From positions 32,001 through 96,000 of the forward strand of contig CBDCJO010000001.1 in assembly GCA_965217865.1 (NCBI GenBank): a stretch of 64,000 nt of DNA, given 5' to 3'. The position numbers and the translations under genes were made by a program. The stretch comes from Candidatus Latescibacterota bacterium. GTDB lineage: Bacteria > Latescibacterota > UBA2968 > SICM01. Numbering within the stretch: position 1 is the first letter of the stretch; every line of letters begins with the position of its first letter. A model generated the notes under the pieces. That model worked only from the letters and a program-made list of their open reading frames with translations, made no database searches and was not told the origin of the DNA. Below are positions 30,311-40,271 of the stretch, one piece after another.

Positions 30311-30976
30311 TTATTCGGGGGCAGAATTTGCCTTTTTTTCCTTTACCAGACTGTCCATCTCGGTCAGGATCTTTTCAACGCGCCTCGAGACCTCCTCCAC
30401 CACCACCGGATCCCGATGGATGACCGAGCCCCTGTCTTCCCTCATCCTTTCAAGCAAGTCCTCGACATTCGGCGAGAAATGACGGATCCCGGCCACCAGA
30501 CGTCGGGACGCGCCCTCAACCGGATCCGCAAGGGAGGATGAAGATAGATAGCCCGGAAGTCCAGGGAATATCGGGTGGAAAGACAGGAAAGAGAACAATA
30601 AACCCAGTCCAATGACGCCGTTTATCAACCCGACGGCCCCTCCTCCAACGGCGTTTATCGGACCCAGCCCCGCGAATCGGATCAATCGATCGAGAAAGGT
30701 GATGATCAGAAAGGAACACAGGAGGGAAACCAGAAGGATCAGGCCGGCGCCCAACCATGCTGAAGCGGATGACGACAGATCGACCCATTCGCCCAACAGG
30801 TCCCCCAACCACCCCCCTCGGGCAAGGGCAAGCCAAACGGATCCTATGATGCCCAGAAGCCCCAAAAGGGACCCCATCAGGCCTCTGCGCCACCCGTAGA
30901 GGAAGCAGATGATCAGGATGGCCGAGATGATTATATCGAAAAAGTTCACGTTGTGACCAAAAAGAGATAACCGCAC
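30311..30976 (-). CDS. cvpA: CvpA family membrane protein
   Basis: N-terminal DII...YGWRRGL, several TM segments, GG..G...G motif; upstream of mutS2 as in many bacteria. Confidence 0.8.
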   Translation of the reverse strand: MRLSLFGHNVNFFDIIISAILIICFLYGWRRGLMGSLLGLLGIIGSVWLALARGGWLGDLLGEWVDLSSSASAWLGAGLILLVSLLCSFLIITFLDRLIRFAGLGPINAVGGGAVGLINGVIGLGLLFSFLSFHPIFPGLPGYLSSSSLADPVEGASRRLVAGIRHFSPNVEDLLERMREDRGSVIHRDPVVVEEVSRRVEKILTEMDSLVKEKKANSAPE

Positions 30977-31026
30977 CGATGACAGTGCGGTTATCTGGCT
31001 CAGATCGACCTTTAAACTTGGAAATC

Positions 31027-31215
31027 CTAATAGTCCGCGAATTTATCGCGTTTGCGCCGGGCGGAATTCAGCTTCCGTTTTCTCCGCTCGCTGGGTTTCT
31101 CAAAGTGCTGATGTTTCTTCATCTCCGAGATAATCCCCGCTTTCTCGCAGGTCTTTTTAAACCTTCTCAATGCTTTTTCGAACGGCTCCTTTTCCCGCAC
31201 AATGACCCCTGGCAT
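31027..31215 (-). CDS. rpsU: 30S ribosomal protein S21
   Basis: [12 protein letters not shown]...[10 protein letters not shown]. Confidence 0.97.
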   Translation of the reverse strand: MPGVIVREKEPFEKALRRFKKTCEKAGIISEMKKHQHFEKPSERRKRKLNSARRKRDKFADY

Positions 31216-31540
31216 GAACCCGATCAGCCTCCTTTCCCTTTTGGGTATCTTTTCTTCACAAGAGCCGGCCAGTACTCATCGACCACGATTCTGGCCTAAT
31301 TTTAATATATTTAACTATTTATCTGAGCCTATCGGCCCAAACTAACCTGGATCCTTCCACGGTTGAATCTTGACGAACGGGATAGTTAATGACCTTTGAA
31401 TATAAATTATCGGTGTCGCTTTCGCAACAGTTTTATCTCGGAAAACCCGTTGGCTTTTTCGAAAAGATCGTGAGCTATCCTAACGGATTCGGAAACTTCG
31501 ATCACGCCCTCGGTCCCTTGAGCTTGAAACCAAAAATTGC

Positions 31541-31568
31541 TTGACCTTTTTTATATATTATGTAGATT
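31541..31568 (+). promoter_or_regulatory. sigma70-type promoter of the tRNA pair
   Basis: TTGACC-16 nt-TAGATT with an extended TG, 19 bp upstream of the tRNA. Confidence 0.6.
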
Positions 31569-31587
31569 AATTTCTCAGAAATTTTGC

Positions 31588-31661
31588 GGGCCCATAGCTC
31601 AGTTGGTTAGAGCAGATGACTCATAATCATCCGGTCCGGGGTTCGAGTCCCTGTGGGCCCA
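31588..31661 (+). tRNA. tRNA with CAT anticodon, most likely tRNA-Ile2 (lysidine)
   Basis: Cloverleaf GGGCCCA...TGGGCCC-A; anticodon arm GATGA-CTCATAA-TCATC; T loop GTTCGAG; CCA not encoded. Lacks the initiator C1:A72 mismatch and the three G:C pairs in the anticodon stem. Confidence 0.9.
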
Positions 31662-31754
31662 TTCGATCACTCAGGTAAGGATGGTTCGATCGGAACTTTT
31701 GTATTCAACCTGGAAGGTATGTCCGACCTTTTAAAACGCAGATTATGCTTGTGG

Positions 31755-31831
31755 GGGCGATTAGCTCAGTCGGTTAGAGCGCTGGTCTCACATACCAGAG
31801 GTCACTGGTTCGAATCCGGTATCGCCCACCA
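31755..31831 (+). tRNA. tRNA-Val(CAC)
   Basis: GGGCGAT...ATCGCCC-A-CCA; anticodon arm CTGGT-CTCACAT-ACCAG; GTTCGAATC. Confidence 0.95.
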
Positions 31832-31914
31832 GCCTCAAAGGGGGGCACGCCCGCGATGGATCTCTCGGGCGTCGGGGACAAGAATTATCTCCGGGCGTCC
31901 AGATCCCAATAGTT

Positions 31915-31951
31915 AAAAGGAGTGCATCCTTCCAGATGCACTCCTTTTTTT
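31915..31951 (+). terminator. Rho-independent terminator
   Basis: AAAAGGAGTGCATC-CTTCCA-GATGCACTCC followed by T7. Confidence 0.85.
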
Positions 31952-31974
31952 ACGGACAGGAGGAGACGCGCTGA

Positions 31975-32685
31975 ATGAAGGAAAGCCTGTTCAATATTCT
32001 GGAGCTTCAGGAAATTGACAATCAGGCCGATTCCCTGGAAGCGGCCCGAAGAGACTATCCTGAGGAAATCGATCTGATCGCGAACGAACTGGAGGAAGCC
32101 CGCCAGCAGATACGGAAATACCAACAGAAGCAGGAGGAACTCGAGAAATCCATACGAGAGCATGAACGCGAGTTGGAGGCAGCAACAGCGGATCTCAAGA
32201 AACATCAGGACCGCCTTTATGAGGTAAAGACGAACAAGGAGTATGACGCGCTTCAGATTGAAATTGAAGCCTGCAGAGCCCGCGTCAGCGAACAGGAGGA
32301 TCACTTCCTTTCGGCGGAAGAGGCCCTCGAAAAATTGAAATCTGATCTAAAAAACGACCAGGAGGAATTTGCGCTCATCGAGAAGAAGCGCTTGGAGAAA
32401 CGGAAAGCTCTGTTAAAGGACCTAAACTCCATTGGAGCTAAAGTTAAGAAGCAACAGAAAAAAATGGAGGCCGTCAGGGTTGGAATCAACGCACGGGTCC
32501 TGCAGGCCTACGATCGGCTCCGAAAAGGTAGAAGCGGTATCGCTGTGGTACGGGTTGTTAAAAGCGCCTGTGGTGGATGCTTCCTGGAGATTCCACCCCA
32601 GAGGGCAAGCGAGGTTCGGAAAAGAGATCGGATCATCCTTTGTGAAAGCTGTGGACGTATACTTGTTTGGGACAACCAGGAGTAA
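31975..32685 (+). CDS. Coiled-coil C4-type zinc-ribbon protein (DUF164 / CT398 / HP0958-like)
   Basis: LQEID N-terminus, long coiled coil, ACGGC...CESCGRIL. Confidence 0.9.
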   Translation: MKESLFNILELQEIDNQADSLEAARRDYPEEIDLIANELEEARQQIRKYQQKQEELEKSIREHERELEAATADLKKHQDRLYEVKTNKEYDALQIEIEACRARVSEQEDHFLSAEEALEKLKSDLKNDQEEFALIEKKRLEKRKALLKDLNSIGAKVKKQQKKMEAVRVGINARVLQAYDRLRKGRSGIAVVRVVKSACGGCFLEIPPQRASEVRKRDRIILCESCGRILVWDNQE

Positions 32686-32710
32686 AGCAAACAAATTCTA
32701 TCATCGTGGA

Positions 32711-33104
32711 CCGGAGCGGGCCGGGCGATCGCGCCTGTCATCGCAGGTGAGGAAAGTCCGAGCTCCCCAGGGCAGGGTGCTGGGTAACACCTAGGAGGGG
32801 CAACCCTACGGAAAGTGCAACAGAGAAGAGACCGCCGACGGGCGGAGTTCCGACTTCGTTACGGGCAAGGGTGAAACGGCGAGGTAAGAGCTCACCGCGC
32901 CCCTGGTGACAGGGGCGGCACTGCAAACCCCACCTGGAGCAAGGCCAAATAGGAGAGGAGAGGTAGCCCGCCTCGATCATACTCTCGGGTAGGCCGCAAG
33001 AGGTGTCGGGTAACCGGCGCCCCAGATGAATGATCGCCGCTCTGGAGTCGGCGGAGTTTCTGCCGGTTCCGGAGGACAGAACTCGGCTTATAAGCCCGCT
33101 CCGG
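32711..33104 (+). ncRNA. rnpB: RNase P RNA (type A)
   Basis: GAGGAAAGTCCG, GGAAAGTGCAACAGA, GGTAAGAG, GAGCAAGGCCAAATAGG, ACAGAACTCGGCTTA; terminal helix CCGGAGCGGG/CCCGCTCCGG. Confidence 0.96.
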
Positions 33105-33175
33105 ACCACGACACATCCAGCATAACTCACGTTCTTGAAAAAGACCCCGGTCAACACCCCAAAAATCGCCCTTCA

Positions 33176-33997
33176 ATGCCCCGGAACTTTATTGAAAAAC
33201 TGAGTCAAGCGACACGAAACAACAACAGTCTCGTCTGTGTTGGATTGGATGTCGACCCAGGTCGGATCCCGCCGCACATCGCGGATCGACCGGATCCGGT
33301 TTTCAGGTTCTGTCGGGAGATCATCGACGCGACAAGAGATATGGTCTGCGCCTACAAACCGAACTTCGCATTTTTCGGAGCCATGGGCCAGAGGGGTTGG
33401 GAGGCGCTTATCCGGACGATAGAGTACGTCCCGCAGGATATCCCGGTGATTCTCGATGCGAAACTCGGAGACATCGGGAATACCGCAGAGCGTTATGCGA
33501 GGATGGCCTATTGTGAGTTGGGGGCGGATGCCGTAACGGTGAATCCATACATGGGTTTCGACGCCGTGGCGCCCTTCCTCGGTCACCCGGGCCGTTGCGC
33601 CTTCCTTGTCTGTCTGTCCTCAAACCCGGGATCCGAAGACTTCCAACGCCTTCGGACGGATTCGAAACCACTCTACCGGATCGTAGCGGAAAAGGCCGTA
33701 GCCTGGAAGACTCACGGCCTTTGCGGACTGGTCGTAGGCGCTACCCAACCCGACGAACTTCAGGAAATCCGGGCTTTAGCAACCGATCTTCCAATCCTGA
33801 TCCCGGGAATCGGTGCCCAGGGCGGGGATGTGGAGCAAGTCGCGCGCTGCGGGACGGATGAGAACGGAGACATGGCGATCGTCAATATCTCCCGTGGCGT
33901 CCTGTATGCTTCGAACGGAACCGATTTCGCAAAAACAGCTCGTAGGGAGACAGAACGTTTAAGGGATGGCCTGAACCGTCATCGCCGCGGGAAATAG
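33176..33997 (+). CDS. pyrF: Orotidine-5'-phosphate decarboxylase (subfamily 2)
   Basis: CVGLD, YKPNFAFF, DAKLGDIGNT, VNPYMG, LIPGIGAQGG; start ATG 33176. Confidence 0.95.
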   Translation: MPRNFIEKLSQATRNNNSLVCVGLDVDPGRIPPHIADRPDPVFRFCREIIDATRDMVCAYKPNFAFFGAMGQRGWEALIRTIEYVPQDIPVILDAKLGDIGNTAERYARMAYCELGADAVTVNPYMGFDAVAPFLGHPGRCAFLVCLSSNPGSEDFQRLRTDSKPLYRIVAEKAVAWKTHGLCGLVVGATQPDELQEIRALATDLPILIPGIGAQGGDVEQVARCGTDENGDMAIVNISRGVLYASNGTDFAKTARRETERLRDGLNRHRRGK

Positions 33998-34025
33998 GTT
34001 ATATCAATCCTTCCCAACCTGGACC

Positions 34026-34643
34026 ATGACCTCCTTCTATCGCATCGTGGGCATTTTTTTTGGAATGGCCGGACTGCTATCCGTACCCTATGGACACCAG
34101 GGTCCCGAGGCCGAAAACCTGAGTGGCCGTTCCGACCTCGTGAGAGTTGAAGTCAAGTCTGTCTGGAGATCTCCCCACCCCCTCGGGAATGTGGTTTTTT
34201 TGAAGGACCTTAAGACGGAACGCCTCCTCCCCATCTGGATCGGACGTTTCGAGGCCGATGCGATCCAGATGAAACTCGAAGGCCAGACCTTTCCAAGACC
34301 ACTGACCCACGATCTGCTCAAATCCATGATCGAGGCCACCGGAACAAAGTTGGAATACATCCTGATTGACGCCCTTAGGACCATGGACGGACGCAATTCA
34401 GGCACTTTCTTTGCGAAGATCGCGTTGATGCGCAACGATAAAACCCCGGTCGAGATCGATTCCCGGACCAGTGATGCGATCGCCTTGTCCATGCGAACCG
34501 GTACCCCCGTATATGTGACCTCGGGAATTATGAAGGGAAACAGCATCGGCTCCGAAAGAGAGTTGAGGGAGATGAGAAGATCCCACTTAAAACCGCAGGA
34601 GTCGGAAAAGGCCGACAAGAAGCCCGGAAAAACCTACTATTGA
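34026..34643 (+). CDS. Bifunctional nuclease (DUF151) family protein with hydrophobic N-terminus
   Basis: LPIWIGRFEA, RPLTHDLL, IDSRTSDAIAL. Confidence 0.88.
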   Translation: MTSFYRIVGIFFGMAGLLSVPYGHQGPEAENLSGRSDLVRVEVKSVWRSPHPLGNVVFLKDLKTERLLPIWIGRFEADAIQMKLEGQTFPRPLTHDLLKSMIEATGTKLEYILIDALRTMDGRNSGTFFAKIALMRNDKTPVEIDSRTSDAIALSMRTGTPVYVTSGIMKGNSIGSERELREMRRSHLKPQESEKADKKPGKTYY

Positions 34644-34691
34644 AATATCGACTCAATTTCGTTACCCAAGCATTGACCCAAAGGAGGCCCA

Positions 34692-35261
34692 GTGAGTATA
34701 AATTGTGTAATTTCTCTCAATCTGTTTATCCTCCTCATAACCAGCCTGAGTTTCATCATCGGGGGGTGCGCAAAACAAGACGACTCTGAAGATAAAATCG
34801 TCGTCCTCGAGACGAATCAGGGGGTCATCGAGATCAAGTTAATGTCTGAAGTGGCTCCAAAAGCCTGCGAAAATTTCGAGAAGCTGGTCGAGAGTGGTTA
34901 TTATGACGGAATCATTTTTCATCGTGTCATCAAGGATTTCATGATACAAGGTGGCGATCCCACCGGGACGGGAAGGGGGGGGGAGTCTGTCTGGGGGAAA
35001 CCCTTCGAGGATGAGGGTCACGAGAACGTCAAGTTCGATCGAAAGGGGCTCCTTGCGATGGCCAATTCGGGGCCGAACACAAACGGAAGTCAATTTTTTA
35101 TTACCACAAAACCGACTCCCTGGCTGCACATGAAGCATACGATCTTCGGTGAAGTCATTTCAGATTATGAAGTGGTGGAAAATATCGAGACCGTGGAAAC
35201 AGGTCCATCGGACAGGCCTCTTGAGGAGCAAAAGATACTGAAGGCATACATAAAGGGTTGA
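34692..35261 (+). CDS. Cyclophilin-type peptidyl-prolyl isomerase, probable lipoprotein
   Basis: FHRVIKDFMIQGGDPTG, AMANSGPNTNGSQFFIT, HTIFG; lipobox-like IIGGC. Confidence 0.93.
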   Translation: MSINCVISLNLFILLITSLSFIIGGCAKQDDSEDKIVVLETNQGVIEIKLMSEVAPKACENFEKLVESGYYDGIIFHRVIKDFMIQGGDPTGTGRGGESVWGKPFEDEGHENVKFDRKGLLAMANSGPNTNGSQFFITTKPTPWLHMKHTIFGEVISDYEVVENIETVETGPSDRPLEEQKILKAYIKG

Positions 35262-35300
35262 TAATCGGGAGCCCTTTGTCTCCTGTTTTGGGGTCAGAGC

Positions 35301-35543
35301 ATGCTGAATGAATTGCGCATCCAGGTGGTTCACCGGGCGCTGGGTAAGGGGTGGGATTACCTCGGCGTTTACCGGCCAAAGCCTGGCCGAAAAGGAGTTG
35401 AAATGGATGTGGTCCGAAATCCCACCGGCTTTATCTTCGGTCGGTCCCTGGTCTCTCGGGATCACAAGTGGACCTACCTCAGCCAGGCAGAATGGGGAAA
35501 TGGGTATTTGAAAGCGACCGAAGCGAATGGTGGTTCTGAATAA
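35301..35543 (+). CDS. Hypothetical protein (80 aa)
   Basis: Fills the gap between two co-oriented genes; no recognisable motif. Confidence 0.4.
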   Translation: MLNELRIQVVHRALGKGWDYLGVYRPKPGRKGVEMDVVRNPTGFIFGRSLVSRDHKWTYLSQAEWGNGYLKATEANGGSE

Positions 35544-35558
35544 CTGGAAGGAGACGGA

Positions 35559-35876
35559 TTGGAAGACCCAAAGCAGTTTTACATGAAGGGCCTGTCGCAT
35601 CTTTCTAGTGGGGATCTGGACGATGCCCTCTCCTGCTTTCAGAAAGCCGTTGAGATCAAACCGAATTTCCTGGAGGGGCATCTCGGCATCGTACAGACCT
35701 ATGAAAGAAAACAGATGGTGGATCAGGCTATAAACGCGGCTCGAAAAGCAATCGAAGTCGATCCGAACGAACCCCTCGCCCATACCAGCCTCTCCAGGTT
35801 GTTTCAACAGAAGGGCATGATCCCTGAAGCCGAAGAGGAGATGGCCATTTCCCTCAGGTTGCAATCAGATTCATAA
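35559..35876 (+). CDS. Tetratricopeptide repeat protein
   Basis: TPR pattern A...FQKAVEIKPN...AIEVDPNEPLAH; SD GGAGA. Confidence 0.85.
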   Translation: MEDPKQFYMKGLSHLSSGDLDDALSCFQKAVEIKPNFLEGHLGIVQTYERKQMVDQAINAARKAIEVDPNEPLAHTSLSRLFQQKGMIPEAEEEMAISLRLQSDS

Positions 35877-36024
35877 TTCTTTTTGTGATTCAATTCACAT
35901 TCCCGGACTCGAATTTTTCCTATCTTGATACCAGATCCTCCCTCAGAGGGAAAGGGGAGGCCTAATCGCCTTTCCCTCGGGGTCACAAGAGTCCACAAAG
36001 TAAAAAAATTCGATAGAATTCTGC

Positions 36025-36053
36025 TTGACAACCGACTCTCTGCTGTCTATATT
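36025..36053 (+). promoter_or_regulatory. sigma70-type promoter of the HU gene
   Basis: TTGACA-17 nt-TATATT. Confidence 0.7.
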
Positions 36054-36156
36054 CCGCCCGGTTTTCGCGCGCCACTCCGTAAGGGCGTATCATAGGGGAT
36101 CGGTATTCACATCTGGATGACCCTGCCAAAGCGGGGGTCTTCAAAGGAGGTGCATT

Positions 36157-36432
36157 GTGAACAAAGCGGATCTGATTGCGGCCGTTGCAAAGGACGCCGG
36201 GATCAGCAAGAGGGCTGCCGGGGACGCAGTCGGCTCGGTCACGTCTAGCATCACCAAAGCCTTGAAGAAGGGAGGCACGGCCTCCCTCATCGGGTTTGGA
36301 ACGTTTAGCGTAACACGCCGCGCTGCCCGAACAGGTCGGAACCCCCAGACAGGGGCTACGATCAAGATCAAAGCGAAGAAGGTCCCCCGCTTCAAAGCGG
36401 GTGCTGGGCTCAAAAAGGCCGTTGGGGGATAA
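36157..36432 (+). CDS. hup: DNA-binding protein HU
   Basis: MNKADLI, GFGTF, RTGRNPQTG, PRFKAG; SD AGGAGG. Confidence 0.97.
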   Translation: MNKADLIAAVAKDAGISKRAAGDAVGSVTSSITKALKKGGTASLIGFGTFSVTRRAARTGRNPQTGATIKIKAKKVPRFKAGAGLKKAVGG

Positions 36433-36479
36433 GGAAACCTGGATCTGTTGTGCCTCTGCGATCACCGTTTACGAAATTC

Positions 36480-36509
36480 AAAAGCCGAAATCCTGCGATT
36501 TCGGCTTTT
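36480..36509 (+). terminator. Rho-independent terminator after hup
   Basis: AAAAGCCGAAATC-CTGC-GATTTCGGCTTTT. Confidence 0.85.
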
Positions 36510-36536
36510 ATATTTTCCCGAAGCGATGCTTCTAGC

Positions 36537-38368
36537 CCTAAAATAAGCGAATAGGCTTGTTGAGCGGTGTGTTATACAAGATTTCGGAGCATTTCAGACT
36601 TGTGACTTGGTGGAGATGATGTCTGGGCTGTTTTTGTGATTGTTTCGGCATGCGATTGTCTAATTAACTGAGTTTGCGGACGTGTTTTAGCCGGGGTGGA
36701 CGGACTTGTCCCTGTGATGTTACGACGACAGGTGCTGACATGGCAGTCAGGCCGGTTTGAGCCATCTGATTCTGTTCCAGGCCGGGAAGAAGTCAGTCAT
36801 CCACCGGTTGTAGCCCAAGACACGATAGATGATCTGTCTTCCCCGGGTCACGATCTGGCAGGGGATCCAGATCAGATTCTGGAGGAAGGCGCGAAACTCC
36901 ATTCTCAGAAGTTGATCGCGACGCTCACGCTTTCGGATCATCAACGCGAACCAGGCTTTGAGGTTCCACGCCAGGGCGGTCATGACCATGTAAGCCCAGT
37001 TGCTCATCAGGTTGTCGACGGGCATCCGCATGGCGTTGACCCCGTTCTTGAGTTGTTCAATCACGTTTTCCTGATCGCACCGTCGATTGGCCAGCCTCAC
37101 GATTTCCGCGGCCGTAAGATCTTTTCGGGTGGTAATGTAGAAGAAACAGCGCTTGTCATCGAACAGGGCGTTTTCGCCGCGTTCGACGCTCAGGTTCTTT
37201 TCGAGGATCACGAGTCGACAGGTCTTCCTGCATCGAGCAGGACGATACGAAACCCCGGCAACACGTTCACTGGCAAGTCGGATGTTTTTGAAGCCGCGCT
37301 CCCGGATGATCCGGGCTTTCACGTTCTCGCGTTTCTGTCTCTGGGAGGTCTTGACCTGGTATTTGGGTTGTCGTTCAAAGGGCTCCCAATCGCTCTGTGA
37401 CAGGGATTTGGCGATCTTGACCAATCCCCGGTAAGCATCCATGCCGAAGACGAAGTCGACCTTTTCCGACCAACGATCGAAGTGCCGGGTGAGTGAGAAG
37501 CCGGTGTCTCCGCGCAGGCAGATGCGTTTGGCGAAAGGGGCGACCAGCGCGATGGCGCGATCGATCCACTTTACGGCACCGTCGTGGCTGGGCACATTGC
37601 CGGGTCGATTCACAAGAAACAACACCTCCCTGGTGTTCGCCAGAGAGACCACGAGAGGATGGTATCCCCAGATACCGTTGTATGACAGGGCCATGCCCTG
37701 CTTGCGTTCTCCGAGAGTGGTGGCCAGGGTGCCGTCGATGTCGATGAGGGCTTCTTTGAGTTCGCCCCTGGCGCGCTTTTTCCAGATCCGGGTGCGCACC
37801 CGGTTGATGCAATCCATCAACGTCTCGATATCCGATGGCCGGAAACGACGTGTAAAGTCGCCTGCTGTGGCCGGATCCGGGAGACGCTGAGCGCCCAAAG
37901 CGTTCAGGAACGTGGCATCCTGCCGGCGCAGCTCAATGTCTTCAAGGCGTTGACCACCAACCAGCGCATTGTAGGCGATGTTCAGAACGTGGTCTGATTC
38001 GTGACAGGGCAAATGCACTTTCAAAAGATGAAGATGACGGTCAATCTCTTTCACCAGCCCAACCCTGCGGACCATGTGGTGAAACGCGCCGATCCCCCCA
38101 CACGTGATCGCCTCGGCCTTCCCACTCATCTCGTAGTGGATGTTTCCCCCAGACATCATAGGCTTGACCTGACTGCACCACTGCTTCCGACGCAAACGAC
38201 GGACAATTCGTGCTTCCCTGTTCCGAAGAATCTTCCTATATTCTCTCATCTGAAATGCCCCTTTTTGATGGCCTCTTTTTGTCTTTCATACTACAACTAT
38301 AGGCCTGAAAACTGGGGCATTTCAACTTTTTTCTACTAAAACCAAGAAAAATTCACGCTTGTATAGGG
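36537..38368 (-). mobile_element. IS1380-family element, copy 1 (1832 bp)
   Basis: Near-identical to 53935-55766 in inverted orientation; ends CCCTATACAAGCG / CGCTTATTTTAGG; flanks TCTAGC and GCTAGC. Confidence 0.93.
36747..38249 (-). CDS. IS1380-family transposase
   Basis: 500 aa with IDIDGT, YHP, RPGN, LRGDTGF, R...ENVIEQLKNG, N.AYM.MTALAWNL. Confidence 0.93.
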   Translation of the reverse strand: MREYRKILRNREARIVRRLRRKQWCSQVKPMMSGGNIHYEMSGKAEAITCGGIGAFHHMVRRVGLVKEIDRHLHLLKVHLPCHESDHVLNIAYNALVGGQRLEDIELRRQDATFLNALGAQRLPDPATAGDFTRRFRPSDIETLMDCINRVRTRIWKKRARGELKEALIDIDGTLATTLGERKQGMALSYNGIWGYHPLVVSLANTREVLFLVNRPGNVPSHDGAVKWIDRAIALVAPFAKRICLRGDTGFSLTRHFDRWSEKVDFVFGMDAYRGLVKIAKSLSQSDWEPFERQPKYQVKTSQRQKRENVKARIIRERGFKNIRLASERVAGVSYRPARCRKTCRLVILEKNLSVERGENALFDDKRCFFYITTRKDLTAAEIVRLANRRCDQENVIEQLKNGVNAMRMPVDNLMSNWAYMVMTALAWNLKAWFALMIRKRERRDQLLRMEFRAFLQNLIWIPCQIVTRGRQIIYRVLGYNRWMTDFFPAWNRIRWLKPA

Positions 38369-38573
38369 GCTAGCAAGATGCTTTCATCTTTTTTGGTGCG
38401 GCGAAGCGAAGCCCGCGATAGGTTCCGTTTTTGTTGATCTCGTTTTCAATTTGCATTCTTCATTATTCATTCGTTAATTTGTATATCATCGACGTAACTA
38501 ATCGCTTTCGATGACGCTACGGAACGTGAAACCTTGAAACTTGGACCCTTGAACTATTTGCTGGATAGGTTCG

Positions 38574-38780
38574 ATGCTCTTCACGCTTATTCTTGCAGGA
38601 ATCATCATCCTTGCGGTTCTCTGGAAGTGGTTGGGACGACCCGTACAGTTTTGCCCCGGGTGCGGCGAAAAAAGGGAAGCCGATGCCCAGATCTGTGGGT
38701 GCGGATGGATTTTCGAAACCCCCGAGACAACCGAGGAGCTTGAATACGCGGAAGAGGATGAATTTGAAGGAAAGGGCTGA
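38574..38780 (+). CDS. Small membrane-anchored zinc-ribbon protein
   Basis: N-terminal TM segment, CPGC...CGCG, acidic tail. Confidence 0.6.
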   Translation: MLFTLILAGIIILAVLWKWLGRPVQFCPGCGEKREADAQICGCGWIFETPETTEELEYAEEDEFEGKG

Positions 38781-38832
38781 AACACACCCCTGAAGGGATG
38801 ATGTTGCCTCAGCCCAACCGATAGGAATCTCG

Positions 38833-39132
38833 ATGGACACGGACTGGACTTTTCTCGTATTGACGATGGTTTGCGCCCTTTACCTGGCGAAACTGATGTT
38901 GGACTATTCACAACGGCTTGGAGACATCAGGCCGCGGAACTTGAAGGCTGAGATGGATTGGGAAGCGTGTAACAGGCAAATCTCGGATCTGGAAGCCGAG
39001 GTCCAGCAGCTCAAGGAAACGAACGCCTCATGGGAGAAGGAGATCAAAAACCTTGAGGGGAAAAAGAAGGAATTGACACAGCTCCTCCAGGATAAAACGC
39101 CGAAGGAAAAGCGTCCAAAGTTCAAACTGTAA
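38833..39132 (+). CDS. Membrane-anchored coiled-coil hypothetical protein
   Basis: N-terminal TM segment followed by heptad repeats. Confidence 0.65.
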   Translation: MDTDWTFLVLTMVCALYLAKLMLDYSQRLGDIRPRNLKAEMDWEACNRQISDLEAEVQQLKETNASWEKEIKNLEGKKKELTQLLQDKTPKEKRPKFKL

Positions 39133-39194
39133 GCCACGCCTCCCACGTCCCATCTCGTTCCCGTTCCATGTTTTTCTTCTTTGGAGGTTCATTC

Positions 39195-39975
39195 TTGAAG
39201 ATCGGGGTGACTCAGGTAATTCTTCCTGGATTGAAGCTGGATGAAATCCTGGATCTTTGTCGGGATGCTGGGTACCAAGCCTTGGAACTGGTCTTCGGAG
39301 AGGGAGGAGAACCGGAGGTCGGGATGACCCCCACGGAAGTGAAAGCTGTAGGTAAGCGATGCCGGGACGCGGGTGTGGAGATCGGGAGTGTCATCGCACA
39401 CTACGCCGATCGGGGAAATCTGTTGAGTCGAAATCCGGAGGATCGAGAGCAGGGAAAACGTTCACTGGCGCGTTCCCTGGAAATCGCAGAAATCCTCGGT
39501 GTCAACGCAACGCTGCTTCACCCGGGACAGCTCACGCCGGAGGGGACCTACGAACAGGCCTGGGATGACCTAAAGGGAATCCTGAAAGAAATGGCCGGGG
39601 AGGCGGAAAAAAAACGGGTCGCCATCTGTCTGGAACAAGATCCTCCTCAGCCCGAAGGAGATGCACGAATTTCTGCACGAAGTGGGAAGCGATCAAGTCG
39701 GCGCTTACCTCGACACGGCGAACATGATGGCTTACGGATTTCCGGAGCATTGGATCCGGAGCCTTGCGGGACGAATCAAGAGGGTCCATTTCAAGGACTT
39801 CGATCGCAGGAAACACCGATTTGTAAATCTGATGGACGGTGACACCGACTGGCCTATAATCATGGGGGAACTCAGATCGGTGGGCTACGAAGGGCCTGTC
39901 ATCCACGAAGTCGATGGCGATCGCGGGACCCAGATCGAAATGGCCCGCCGGATGTTGAAAATCGTATCGATGTGA
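39195..39975 (+). pseudogene. Sugar-phosphate isomerase/epimerase (xylose-isomerase-like TIM barrel), frameshifted
   Basis: N-terminal GYQALEL...AICLE and C-terminal AYLDTAN, RVHFKDF, GD.DW, GYEG..IHE lie in different frames; break at about 39636. Confidence 0.85.
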
Positions 39976-40271
39976 TACGGCTCTCCGCGGAACACCGACC
40001 CCGAATGGAGCCTGCCGAGAAGCAGGGCTGTCCCCCCGCGCGATTGCCGACCCGCCGGCGTTATCTTCGAAGCAAACTCCCCGTCATAACACACCGCCAT
40101 AATCCTTTTGATTCCCTCTCCCCTTCTCCCTTTTCACGGTTAATGGTTTCCCCGACCACCGACTCCCCCTGCTTTGTTTCCGATTGACAGTATTCTCAAA
40201 TATCTCGATATTAAGAACTTCAACAAAGAGGCACCCGCACCGGTCGCGTCTATAAGACATAAGATTCGGAA

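Noticed and set aside
31588-31661. Initiator tRNA-fMet
   Set aside because: The first base pair is G:C and the anticodon stem lacks three consecutive G:C pairs. Ile2 is preferred, though elongator Met is not fully excluded.
31832-31914. Possible small RNA between tRNA-Val and the terminator
   Set aside because: Only a short GC hairpin and a repeated CGGGCGTC are present; I recognise no RNA family.
32738-33176. ORFs 32738-33157 and 32892-33176 and the N-terminal extension of ORF 33026
   Set aside because: They overlap the RNase P RNA gene; pyrF is better started at 33176.
36536-38369. Apparent compensatory change of the terminal base pair between IS1380 copies (C..G versus T..A)
   Set aside because: Better explained as part of a 6-bp palindromic target duplication outside the element.
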